NCBI GenBank assembly: GCA_964636255.1
Contig: CAZWNW010000003.1
Location: 225,441 to 289,440 of the forward strand
Origin: an uncultured Bacteriovoracaceae bacterium
GTDB lineage: Bacteria > Bdellovibrionota > UBA2428
DNA length: 64,000 nt
Direction of reading: 5' to 3'
The first letter of the stretch is position 1; the number at the start of each line of letters is the position of its first letter. The notes under the pieces are model-generated. The model was given only the letters and a program-made list of their open reading frames with translations. It was not told the origin of the DNA and searched no databases. Positions 18,249-27,712 of this stretch are shown here, piece after piece. Made by a program: the position numbers and the translations under genes.

Positions 18249-19724
18249 TTAGTTCTGGCCTGTTAGATCCAGAAAACGTTTGATGTTTTCGATTTCCTGG
18301 GCAGTGGCCTTTCTGCCTTGGGTTGTTTCGAGTTCGAAGACAACCTGATCGAGTCTGTCGCCGATCTGGAAAGTTTTCGGACGATTTTCGAGATCAATCA
18401 TTTCGTTTAGAAGTTTATCCGATTGTTGGCCTTCAACGCTGGCCGCCATTTTTTTATCGCCTGCTCTTTGTGCTCCGATCATGACTACGGGAGTGGCAGC
18501 AGTGGCGCCACCGGCAATGGCAAGGCGCGTCTTCCATGTGAGTGAACCCAGGCGCGTAAACACCCCCCACATTGCAACACTGGAGATCGCGCCGACAAAC
18601 ATCGAAGCTCCATCCTCTAAGAACTTTTGCCCGACGGCGCAGAGATTTGTTTTGTCTGAATTAGCGTTAGCTTTTATGGCGGACCGGGTCTTAATTCCAG
18701 CAGATACGACAGTTGTTCCGGTCCCAATGGCAATTGCTGTGGCCGAGGCGCCGGCAACAATGGGGTACGCAACAGGAGAGAGAATCGCGGTATAGATATT
18801 CTTCCGAAGTTTTTTGATTCCAGCCACTAAATTTGCGTTAGAAACATCAAAGGCGTCACGAATGAGTGCGTGCGCTTGCTGAGAATCTTCTTTGCTGAGG
18901 CCATAATTTCGTTGCAGATCCATGAAGGAATCGATCATGCGGTCGCGGGCCTTTTCTGCTGCGGCAAATTTTCCATTGCTATCGGCTTTTCCACCCCATT
19001 GTTCCTTCCATCCAGCAATAAATAGATTGCCGGCCGTTGATTGACTGCGGGATGTGCGAACAAAATTTTCAATATCGGATCCAAAGGCATCAAGCTTTTC
19101 ACGGAGGAGTTTTTGGTGTTCTTCTAAACTAATCGCGCGTTCTCTGTGAGGGATTTTGACAAGATTCAAAAAGTAGAATGGTTTCCTGCCATTTGATCGG
19201 ATGAAGTCCTCCAGGCTATCTGCGCTTTCAGGAAAAAGATCGATGAAAGCACGTTTTTGATCTGGGTCTCTTAGCAGGCGATCGAAAGAATATGAATCAA
19301 AGTTAGCTCCTGATGAACTTAGTTTCAGGCCATTTTTTTTCAGGAGCTCAAGGCTGGAGTTATTCTCAAGATTCAGTTTCTGAAGCGCTTGATTTCGCTT
19401 CTCGGCCAGGACTGTTTGCCAGGCGAAGCTGGCTAAAAATCCTTGGTGATTCTTGTCACGGCTGTATTGGGCCTCGGAAAGTCCTCGAAAAACCATATCT
19501 GCGATCTTTCGATCACTTAGGCCCGAACGAGTTGCCCGTCGGATGCGATCCACGAAAATCAAATCAGTGGGACTGAGCTCGGCCTCGCAGTTTTTCGCTT
19601 GATGCAGCATCCCCTGGGAATTCTCAAGGTTTGGGCTGTGTTGTGCCCAGAGAAGGCTCGGAATCAGTCCCAGAGATGCGATTTTGAGGCCACTTCGAAT
19701 TCGTTGCAATAAAAGTAGTATCAC
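18249..19724 (-). CDS. hypothetical protein with a C-terminal Gly/Ala-rich hydrophobic domain resembling that of 17649-18224
   Basis: 491 aa. The C-terminal segments are ILSPVAYPIVAGASATAIAIGTGTTVVSAGI and LAIAGGATAATPVVMIGA. It lies 24 nt upstream of the smaller similar gene. Confidence 0.55.
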   Translation of the reverse strand: MILLLLQRIRSGLKIASLGLIPSLLWAQHSPNLENSQGMLHQAKNCEAELSPTDLIFVDRIRRATRSGLSDRKIADMVFRGLSEAQYSRDKNHQGFLASFAWQTVLAEKRNQALQKLNLENNSSLELLKKNGLKLSSSGANFDSYSFDRLLRDPDQKRAFIDLFPESADSLEDFIRSNGRKPFYFLNLVKIPHRERAISLEEHQKLLREKLDAFGSDIENFVRTSRSQSTAGNLFIAGWKEQWGGKADSNGKFAAAEKARDRMIDSFMDLQRNYGLSKEDSQQAHALIRDAFDVSNANLVAGIKKLRKNIYTAILSPVAYPIVAGASATAIAIGTGTTVVSAGIKTRSAIKANANSDKTNLCAVGQKFLEDGASMFVGAISSVAMWGVFTRLGSLTWKTRLAIAGGATAATPVVMIGAQRAGDKKMAASVEGQQSDKLLNEMIDLENRPKTFQIGDRLDQVVFELETTQGRKATAQEIENIKRFLDLTGQN

Positions 19725-19887
19725 TTAATTTTTAAGATTCCGACAGCGATAGGAATCTACAAGGGCAGGGAATTATTGACGGTTTGGACGGCTAGAAAGC
19801 CTCCATTTTTCCGGTATTTATGTCAGACCTTTCAACATTATGAAATTCCTCAATCATTTGGGTTTATAGATTTTCTGATCTTTTCAT

Positions 19888-22749
19888 TTGTGTAACATTA
19901 CGATGCTCTATGGGATGGTCGGAGCAGCAGTTTATATGAACTTAAATCGCCTCTCATCAAATTTGCTTGTGGCAGGCTTGATGTTGCTGGCTGGAAAAGT
20001 TGCACTGAGCCTTGCCATAGCTCCTGGAAATGTCGCACTTTTTTGGCCTCCTGCAGGTATTGCGGTGGCAGCGCTGATCGTCGGCGGTTTTTTCAATGCT
20101 CCAGGAGTTTTTCTGGGGGCGGCAGGTGTGAACTTTTGGCACCACTGGCAGTTGGGCACTCCGCTGGACGTGACTTTGATTTTGTGCGTTTTGATCGGAA
20201 TCGGCTGCACATTGCAGGCAGCCCTTGCGCGTCTCTACATCGTGCGCTTCTTGGGCGGTTCGATTGCCTTGAAAAGCGTGCGAGAATTAGCGATCTTTTT
20301 TTTCCTTTGTGGTCCCGGAGCCTGCTGGGTTGCTTCGCTGATAGGCGTGTATGCGCTACTTGTTACAGGCTTGATTGCCCCTGAGCTTTTTGCTGTTAAC
20401 TGGTGGAGCTGGTTCATCGGCGATATGCTGGGCGTAGTCATCTTCGCCCCGCTCCTTTTGGCCTTTATCGGAAAGCCTAGGATTCTCTGGCGCACGCGAA
20501 TTCGAGTGGTGGCCTTTCCGCTAATGCTCGCCCTTACCTTATGTATTTCAATCTCCGTGCAGTTTCGCTCGAACAAGCAAGAGAGCCAAAATCGCGAACT
20601 AGAATCTCGCACGACACTTTTAGTAGATGATCTTGAAACACTCATAGAGTCTTATGCGCGGCTTCTGCATGGAGTGAAGGCTTTTTATCTTTCGAATGAA
20701 GAGGCGGTCGATAAAATCGAATTCGATACATTCGTAGGGCGCTACTTCCATCAATACGAGGGAATTCACTCGATCCAGTGGTTGCCCCATATCAATGCAA
20801 GCGAGCGCAATCGATTCGAATCTTCGGTTCGCGCCAGTCTGGGCGTTCCGGATTTTAGAATCACAGAATTAGACGAACGCCGCCAAAACTTCCTTCCGGC
20901 AGCGGAGAGAGATTTTTACCTTCCAGTCCTCTATCTCTTCCCTGATTCCAATAACCTAAGAATTCTTGGCTATGATGTGGGTTCGCATCCTCAGAGAGCT
21001 AAAGTTTTACAGGCGATGGATGGGCGCGATGAAGTCATAGCTTCGGGACGTTTTTTATTGTTGCGTATGGACGAGCCCAGCCGCGAAATGGGTTTTCGTT
21101 TTCTCTTACCTCTTTATCGATCCGACTTAAGGCCGCGGCAGGCACTGCAGGCTTGGCCGGGCGCCCGTAAAAATGAAAATCCAGTTTTAGGATATTTTTC
21201 TGTAGTGGTCCGCGTGAATGAAATGATTGATCACCTCACGATACCGCACCGTGCGGGGGGCGATCTTAATCTGCAAGTGGTCGATGGCGACGGAACCGTT
21301 ATTTATAGCGCTGGAGCTGAAAGCCCATTTGGTCCGGTACTCGAGCAGCCAATTTTGAGCAATCGCGTATTTAATTTGAATTGGCGCGTGTTGATGTGGC
21401 CTGCGGCAGTTAGTCCCGCAGTCTTGCCGTTACTGTCCTCTAATTCAGATTATTTGATCGGCGTATTCCTTACTGCAATTTTGTCGATCATTTTGTTGGT
21501 CTTGGCCGGTCGGAACGAAGATCTCCGCATAGAAATCGAAAAACGCTCTGAAATTGAGCAGCACCTTCGCGAAGCGCGCGATTCTGCGGAGTCAGCAAAT
21601 CGAGCCAAGAGCCTGTTTCTTGCAAACATGAATCACGAATTGCGTACTCCTCTGGGCGCTGTGCTCGGTTTTTCGAAGCTCTTGGCAGATCCCGGTGTCG
21701 GCAGTGAAGAGCGATTGTCGTATGTCTCTGCGATCCAACGGAACGGTGAGCTTCTGTCGCGCCTGATCGACGACGTCATTGATCTTTCAAAAGTAGAGGC
21801 TGGACATCTTTCGATGGAAAGCAAAAAGTTTTCTGTTCAGACTTTGGTCCGCGATGTCGTCCGGATTTTTGAAGTTCAGCTCACCCAGAAAAACATTCAA
21901 ATCAGTTTCGATATCCATCCAGACGCTCCGGATTTGATTTCGGCTGACGAAAGCCGCATTCGTCAAGTGCTACTGAATCTTGTGGGCAATGCTCTGAAAT
22001 TTACTGAGCAAGGCGAAATCCGACTGCGATATTCCGCAACGGTTGGGAATGATCCGATGAGTTGGAAGCTCCGCTTTGAAGTCGAGGACACTGGGTCAGG
22101 GATACCTGAGCATGAACAACAACGAATCTTTGAACCTTTCGTGCAGGGAGAATCCAGTACGGCAAAGCTTAAGGGCGGGGCTGGACTAGGTTTGGCGCTT
22201 TCTCGAAGACTTGCGAAATTGATGGGCGGAGATCTTTTTCTTAAGAATAGTGTGCCTGGTAAAGGAAGCTGCTTTGCTGTCGAATTGAGCGTGCAGAAAG
22301 ACTCCACGCGCGCACAGAACGTCGCGCGCAAGTCAGCTTACTCGGATGAACTCCGTGGTCGAAAAATTTTAGTCGTCGAAGATTCCGAGGATACGCAGGA
22401 GCTTACGAAGATTCTGCTCACTCGTATGGGGGCGAAGGTGACCTTCGCGTCCAATGGGCAGGAGGCAATCGATCGAGTACCCTTGGATCAACCTGAGGCG
22501 ATCTTGATGGATTTACAAATGCCTGTGAAAGATGGCTATGAGGCTACTCGAGAATTGAGATCTCTCGGATTTCAGGGTCCAATCATTGCGCTGACCGCTT
22601 ATGCTTTGCGCGAAGTTCGTGACCGTTGTTTTGCCATGGGTATGGATGACTTTCTTACTAAGCCGGTCGATTCAAAGCAGCTTTTCAACTGCCTAGTGCG
22701 GCATCTTGGACTTAGTTCGCGTCCGGATGTCGAACAAATGCTTCATTGA
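19888..22749 (+). CDS. hybrid sensor histidine kinase: MASE1 membrane domain - CHASE domain - HisKA - HATPase - REC. The start is uncertain: TTG 19888, or ATG at 19903, 19915 or 19936.
   Basis: The MASE1-like N-terminus is LSLAIAPGNVALFWPPAGIAVAAL. It has a CHASE-like periplasmic block. The H-box is NMNHELRTPL, the N-box is LLNLVGNALKFT and the G-box is DTGSGIPE. The receiver is ILVVEDSEDTQE...MDLQMP. Confidence 0.8.
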   Translation: MCNITMLYGMVGAAVYMNLNRLSSNLLVAGLMLLAGKVALSLAIAPGNVALFWPPAGIAVAALIVGGFFNAPGVFLGAAGVNFWHHWQLGTPLDVTLILCVLIGIGCTLQAALARLYIVRFLGGSIALKSVRELAIFFFLCGPGACWVASLIGVYALLVTGLIAPELFAVNWWSWFIGDMLGVVIFAPLLLAFIGKPRILWRTRIRVVAFPLMLALTLCISISVQFRSNKQESQNRELESRTTLLVDDLETLIESYARLLHGVKAFYLSNEEAVDKIEFDTFVGRYFHQYEGIHSIQWLPHINASERNRFESSVRASLGVPDFRITELDERRQNFLPAAERDFYLPVLYLFPDSNNLRILGYDVGSHPQRAKVLQAMDGRDEVIASGRFLLLRMDEPSREMGFRFLLPLYRSDLRPRQALQAWPGARKNENPVLGYFSVVVRVNEMIDHLTIPHRAGGDLNLQVVDGDGTVIYSAGAESPFGPVLEQPILSNRVFNLNWRVLMWPAAVSPAVLPLLSSNSDYLIGVFLTAILSIILLVLAGRNEDLRIEIEKRSEIEQHLREARDSAESANRAKSLFLANMNHELRTPLGAVLGFSKLLADPGVGSEERLSYVSAIQRNGELLSRLIDDVIDLSKVEAGHLSMESKKFSVQTLVRDVVRIFEVQLTQKNIQISFDIHPDAPDLISADESRIRQVLLNLVGNALKFTEQGEIRLRYSATVGNDPMSWKLRFEVEDTGSGIPEHEQQRIFEPFVQGESSTAKLKGGAGLGLALSRRLAKLMGGDLFLKNSVPGKGSCFAVELSVQKDSTRAQNVARKSAYSDELRGRKILVVEDSEDTQELTKILLTRMGAKVTFASNGQEAIDRVPLDQPEAILMDLQMPVKDGYEATRELRSLGFQGPIIALTAYALREVRDRCFAMGMDDFLTKPVDSKQLFNCLVRHLGLSSRPDVEQMLH

Positions 22750-22838
22750 TCAAATTTGACGCTGCGATGTAGGTTCTCGTCTACAATTCCATAGAGGAGT
22801 GAAGCAATTCAGGGCAGAATGGGCCCCGGGAAAAGTCC

Positions 22839-24662
22839 ATGCGTGAACTGGAAGATTTGCCGCTCACAACAAAAAACGAAATTCGTTCGCTTTGGCGTGA
22901 AGAGCGTTCGCTACGCGTGGGCCGCACACTCTGTTTTGTGGCGATCTTTCTGTCGTCGCTGACCGTTATTTCCGATATTATTTGGGGAGGCGAACGGCTC
23001 GTAATCGTCGCCGATTTTCTTCTCTTGTTTGGTTGTGTCGCGTCCTTGCTGATTTTGCGACTAAAGTCTCGTCCTACTTATTTTTGGATCCCACTCTTTG
23101 CGAGTTTTTGGTTGAGTTGCCTTCCCTTTTTCTGGGCGACCGGCGGTATTGCAAGCCCTTTCATTGGTATCTGTCTTGCGGCGCTCTATTTGATTGGAAC
23201 TGTACTGGACTCCCGCACTCGTTCGACTTTCTACTTTACCTTGGCCCTTCTTCATTTACCTGTCTTTTATTTCCTGGGTCCGCTACCGGTACCGCCGATG
23301 TCTCCTCTTCTCTTGATGGTAGTAAACGTCTTGAATTTGGCGGCCATCTTTTTTGGTTTGCATGCAATTCTTCGTACCGAAAACGAGCTCGCAAGTGAAT
23401 TCACAGAGCACTTCCAGGATTTGGCTCGAACCCATCAGCAGCTGCAACTGCGCGAATCAGAATTGGTGAAGATCAAGGATGAACTCGAAGATCGAGTCAA
23501 GGAGCGAACGCTGGCGCTGGAGCACGCTAACAAGGCGAAGATGCAGTTCTTGATGAATATGAGCCACGAGATGCGCACACCCATGAATTCTATTTTAGGT
23601 TTTTCTGAGTTACTCGCTACGGAGAATCTATCCTCTCAGGATTCGCGCGATTACTTGGAACGTATCCGCAATAACGGACATCGATTAATGCGATTGATCG
23701 AAGACATATTGGACCTTTCGAAATTCGAAGAAGGGCGCATCCCGATTCGAAAAGCCTCATTTTCGTTGAAGAAACTGGTGGAGACTGTCGTTAACTCTTT
23801 CTTGCCCTCACTGAAATCTAAGGAGATGGTTCTAGAGCTAAAGTTTGGTGGGGAAAGTGATCTGTTGATCGAGGCTGACTCCGATCGAGTTGGCCAAGTG
23901 CTGACCAACCTCCTTTCGAATTCAGTAAAATTCTCCGACAAGGGGAAAATTCAGGTGATTGTGAATCAGGAGTTTGTCGACGGAGGAGTGAGATCAGTGG
24001 TGGACATTGTGGACACCGGAATCGGAATTTCGAGTGATGACATCCGAAAACTTTTTCAACCCTTCACCCAAGCCGACAGCTCCGTGGGTAGGCGCTTTGG
24101 TGGGAGCGGAATTGGACTAGCGATCTCCCGTCATATCGCCCGGCTCATGGAGGGCGATCTCGAATTAGTCTCCAGCCAGCCCGGTCAGGGTTCCCATTTT
24201 CGTTTTCATTTTTTTGCAAGGCATCAGCCGCAAAGCAATGTGAAAGAAACGGTTTCAGACACTAAGGCAAGCTCCAAGAAGCCTGGGCGAGGACAGAAAA
24301 TATTAATTGTCGACGACTCCGAGGATAACGCATTTTTGGTCCGAAATTATGCTGCCTCGCTGGGATTCGAAGCTGAGATTGTGAAGGATGGCAACGAAGC
24401 GATCCAAGCCGTTAAAAATTCACATTTTGATTGCATCTTGATGGATATACAAATGCCGGGCATGGATGGCTGGGAAACGACCCGCTCCATTCGCGCTCTG
24501 GGTTTCCAGCAGCCCATACTGGCAGTCAGTGCTCATGCCTTTGAGTCTGATGTTGAAAAGTCACTTGCAGCAGGCTGTAATCTTCATCTGGCCAAGCCCC
24601 TGAGCATGCTGAATCTCAGTCGCGCGCTGGAAGAACAGTTGGGGAGCAAGATTCAGAAGTAG
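22839..24662 (+). CDS. hybrid sensor histidine kinase (polytopic sensor - HisKA - HATPase - REC)
   Basis: The H-box is MNMSHEMRTPMNSILGFSELL, the N-box is VLTNLLSNSVKFS and the G-boxes are DTGIGIS / GGSGIGLAIS. The receiver is ILIVDDSEDN...ILMDIQMPGMDGWE. Confidence 0.85.
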   Translation: MRELEDLPLTTKNEIRSLWREERSLRVGRTLCFVAIFLSSLTVISDIIWGGERLVIVADFLLLFGCVASLLILRLKSRPTYFWIPLFASFWLSCLPFFWATGGIASPFIGICLAALYLIGTVLDSRTRSTFYFTLALLHLPVFYFLGPLPVPPMSPLLLMVVNVLNLAAIFFGLHAILRTENELASEFTEHFQDLARTHQQLQLRESELVKIKDELEDRVKERTLALEHANKAKMQFLMNMSHEMRTPMNSILGFSELLATENLSSQDSRDYLERIRNNGHRLMRLIEDILDLSKFEEGRIPIRKASFSLKKLVETVVNSFLPSLKSKEMVLELKFGGESDLLIEADSDRVGQVLTNLLSNSVKFSDKGKIQVIVNQEFVDGGVRSVVDIVDTGIGISSDDIRKLFQPFTQADSSVGRRFGGSGIGLAISRHIARLMEGDLELVSSQPGQGSHFRFHFFARHQPQSNVKETVSDTKASSKKPGRGQKILIVDDSEDNAFLVRNYAASLGFEAEIVKDGNEAIQAVKNSHFDCILMDIQMPGMDGWETTRSIRALGFQQPILAVSAHAFESDVEKSLAAGCNLHLAKPLSMLNLSRALEEQLGSKIQK

Positions 24663-24670
24663 CGAATTGG

Positions 24671-27600
24671 CTAGGAATATTCAGCGGGAGCAAATGCTTC
24701 ATTGATCAAAACTTCAACCTTCGATTTTTTATTCAGCTCAATTCCTACGACCATGAGGCGTAGTTCTGTTGAGGGCCGATTGCTGCGAGCAAGGGCCGAT
24801 GCATAGAGGCCTAATTGCCGGCGAATCTTTTGGAGGCGCTCTTCTTTCTTTAGCAAATGGATCGAAGAAGAGGACTTCCAATCAAGAATCACGGCCCCGC
24901 CATCTGCTGGAAACCATAGAGCGTCGGCGAAACCGCTTAAACGAAATTTCTCGGTTAAAAGAAAAAGTCCAAATTCTCTGAGCACTCGACCTTTTGAAAG
25001 ATCTGTCCAAAAAAATTGCAATTCCGGAAGTGCGCGCAACTGGCCAAGCGCTTCTCGAAACAACGGGGCATGTTTTTCGCCACCTAAGAGATCGTCAAGG
25101 GATTCCATTCGCCCATCCCAGATCTCCAGTAGTGCGTGAAAGGCATCGCCTGTTTCACTGGCCCGAAAACGAGGTCGGAGACCTGAAGTCTCCTCGTCCT
25201 TGGCCACTTCTTCGTCTTCCGTCAACTTCAGATAGCGACTGACACCCATACGATAAAATTCATTTGGGGATCGAGGACTATGTTTCTGCGGAGGAATTTG
25301 AATCCAAGTTTCCTGATCTGTATCCTGGGTCGCAGCATGACTTTCTGATGCTTTTGTTTCCTCGTCTTCGGCAACAAGCGCTTGGTAACGAAAGTTTCCG
25401 AGCTTCTTCAACTCATCCCAAGTTCCATTGGTCTCGAGCTTTTCGATGAAGTCGTTCCAGTAGAGTGCATTAATTTCAGGCCATTGCAAAATTCTCAGAG
25501 TGCTGTTCAAGGCGGCTTCTTTTCGAGTGTGGGCACCCTTCCGGTAGAAAAGATGCAGACTCTCTATCGAACGTGTTAAGGCGACATATAAAAGACGTTT
25601 TTGTTCAGCAAGGCGCAGACGTTCGGCTTGGGCTTCACGATAAAGAAAAAGGAGCGATCCTCGGGCCTCGCCACTTTCGCGATCTTCCAACATGAAATTA
25701 AATCCGGCGGAATCGTCAAATTCTGCAAGCTGACTGCGTGGTCCTGAGCGTTTTTCAAAAAGATCCGGAAGATAGACGCACTCAAACTGCAGTCCTTTAG
25801 AGCCATGAATTGTCATTAACTGAATCCGCCCAGATTTTTCCGCAGATTGTGGCGCATGAGGAAGATCAGTCTCCGTAAACTTGCCTTGGTTTCGAATCAT
25901 CCAGATGAGTTCGGGGAGTCCAAAATGCCAAGCGTTTTCCGAGGCCAAAAGTTGTCTTAGAAATTGCGTCATGGCACTCAGCCACTCACGTCCCAGTGGG
26001 AAGCGACGGCAATCGATCTCGTTCGAAAAGCTTTCCAAGGCTTCCAGAGGATCTTGCGCCTTCAATTCACGGAGTTCCGGATTTTGTAGAGCCTGGTATC
26101 CACGAGTCCAACGATCAACTGCCAAATTTCCGCGCGGACTTGTTTTGTCGTCCAGGCTTGTGAGGTAATCGCAAAAAATATCGGTCAGCAGGTGATCTAG
26201 GTAAGCTTCAGAGCCTAAAATTTCGTAAGTTTCACCTGATTTTCGCAAGTGCTCGGCGAATGCGCGCAGAGTACTCCAGCGTTGAAAGAGGACTGCATGT
26301 CGGGCTTTGGGCCCAAAAGTTTTTCGATTTCGGGAGATTTCAGCTGCCAGTTCTCGAAAAATATTTTCCTTGCTCGAGGTCTTTTGTTGTACGGCTGTGA
26401 CGCTCACACGACAATGGGATGTGTCTTTGCAAAACGATAGTCGCGATTCGGGAACTTTTAGAGTTTGAGCCGGAGGATCTAGTCTATCCCTGGGATCAAA
26501 AAGTGCGTGTTGCAGCGGATTGATAAAATCTAAAACTTGCGGATGTGAGCGGTAATTTTCGTCTTTGGCGATCAGTTGAAGTTTTTCGCGTTGTGCGATG
26601 AAAAGACTGACATCGCTTCGGCGGAAGGCATAAATGCTTTGTTTCGGATCGCCGACAAAATACCATTCGGTATCGACTCCACTGAGATGCTCAAGAATTT
26701 CCATTTGTACTTTATTCGTGTCTTGAAATTCATCGACCAGAAGAAGTTTTGGGGCAGGAACAATCCTCTCTCCTTTTTGGCTGCTTTCGCGAAGGGTCAT
26801 CAAAAATTCATACTCCAGAGCGGCAAAATCCAGAATACGAGGCCCTTGATCGCGACAAGCCAAAATAAATGATTTCAAGGTCGTTTCAAGTTCCCACTCT
26901 TCGCGTAGAGATTTTTCATTCAAACTGGGCCAAAAAGGTCCCTTTGCGAAGTCTCGAAAATGGCTGACCTTTTTAAAGTAATCCACTTCGGCATCTTTGA
27001 TTTTCTTCAGCGCGCGAAATTGTAGTGAAGCAATTTTCTCGCGATTAGATTCTTGGAGACCCGCTACTAAGTCCAGGGGCCAAAGATTTTTTGCTGACGA
27101 CGAGGCAATCTCTTCGTTGTAGCGAATCAAGATATCCTGAGTCTCTTGAAGCAAGTCTTTTTTGAAATTTTCGAAGGATTGGAGTGATTCTCTGAGGTTT
27201 CGGAGAACTTCGCCGGAATCCGTCTCAAGTGTTGGCGAATACCAAAGTTTCGTGGTCAAAGCTAAGATTTCTTCAAGCGGGAGAGATCTTAAAAGACCTT
27301 CACCATCGGGAAAATCCGCAAGGTACTGAAGGGCAAAGGCCTTGCGTCGGTAGCTAGCGGCAGATTCGTGGTGGAGTTCGTCCCCATAGCCCAATCGAAA
27401 AAGTTCGGGACGTAGGAGTCTGAGGCAGAGACTGTGGAATGTAGAAATTTGGCTTCGTTGGAAAACTTCTGTGAAGATCGAATCTAGATGATGCTTGCGT
27501 AACTTATCTAAGATCTTCTCTTTCATTTGTTCTGCGGCTTCAATGGTGAAGGTTAATGCGAAGATCTCGGGTGGGTGAAATCCGCCGCCCGTAGCCTTTA

Positions 27601-27712
27601 ATTTTTCGTCGAACTCGAGATAGCCCAAACCTTCGATGTAGCGAGCCACAAGGCCCGTGGTTTTACCGCAACCTGCACCGGCCTCGACAAGTTCCCTTCG
27701 TACTTTTGTCAT
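24671..27712 (-). CDS. addA: ATP-dependent helicase/nuclease subunit A (UvrD/Rep-type helicase with C-terminal PD-(D/E)XK nuclease)
   Basis: The N-terminal Walker A is VEAGAGCGKTTGL. UvrD-like motifs run through the protein. The C-terminal nuclease-like segment is AVILDWKSSSS. Its ATG overlaps the upstream gene stop (ATGA). Confidence 0.75.
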   Translation of the reverse strand: MTKVRRELVEAGAGCGKTTGLVARYIEGLGYLEFDEKLKATGGGFHPPEIFALTFTIEAAEQMKEKILDKLRKHHLDSIFTEVFQRSQISTFHSLCLRLLRPELFRLGYGDELHHESAASYRRKAFALQYLADFPDGEGLLRSLPLEEILALTTKLWYSPTLETDSGEVLRNLRESLQSFENFKKDLLQETQDILIRYNEEIASSSAKNLWPLDLVAGLQESNREKIASLQFRALKKIKDAEVDYFKKVSHFRDFAKGPFWPSLNEKSLREEWELETTLKSFILACRDQGPRILDFAALEYEFLMTLRESSQKGERIVPAPKLLLVDEFQDTNKVQMEILEHLSGVDTEWYFVGDPKQSIYAFRRSDVSLFIAQREKLQLIAKDENYRSHPQVLDFINPLQHALFDPRDRLDPPAQTLKVPESRLSFCKDTSHCRVSVTAVQQKTSSKENIFRELAAEISRNRKTFGPKARHAVLFQRWSTLRAFAEHLRKSGETYEILGSEAYLDHLLTDIFCDYLTSLDDKTSPRGNLAVDRWTRGYQALQNPELRELKAQDPLEALESFSNEIDCRRFPLGREWLSAMTQFLRQLLASENAWHFGLPELIWMIRNQGKFTETDLPHAPQSAEKSGRIQLMTIHGSKGLQFECVYLPDLFEKRSGPRSQLAEFDDSAGFNFMLEDRESGEARGSLLFLYREAQAERLRLAEQKRLLYVALTRSIESLHLFYRKGAHTRKEAALNSTLRILQWPEINALYWNDFIEKLETNGTWDELKKLGNFRYQALVAEDEETKASESHAATQDTDQETWIQIPPQKHSPRSPNEFYRMGVSRYLKLTEDEEVAKDEETSGLRPRFRASETGDAFHALLEIWDGRMESLDDLLGGEKHAPLFREALGQLRALPELQFFWTDLSKGRVLREFGLFLLTEKFRLSGFADALWFPADGGAVILDWKSSSSIHLLKKEERLQKIRRQLGLYASALARSNRPSTELRLMVVGIELNKKSKVEVLINEAFAPAEYS

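Noticed and set aside
24769-26440. Several 60-100-aa plus-strand ORFs antisense to addA
   Set aside because: They lie inside a long, motif-supported helicase gene. They are short with no RBS and are most likely spurious.
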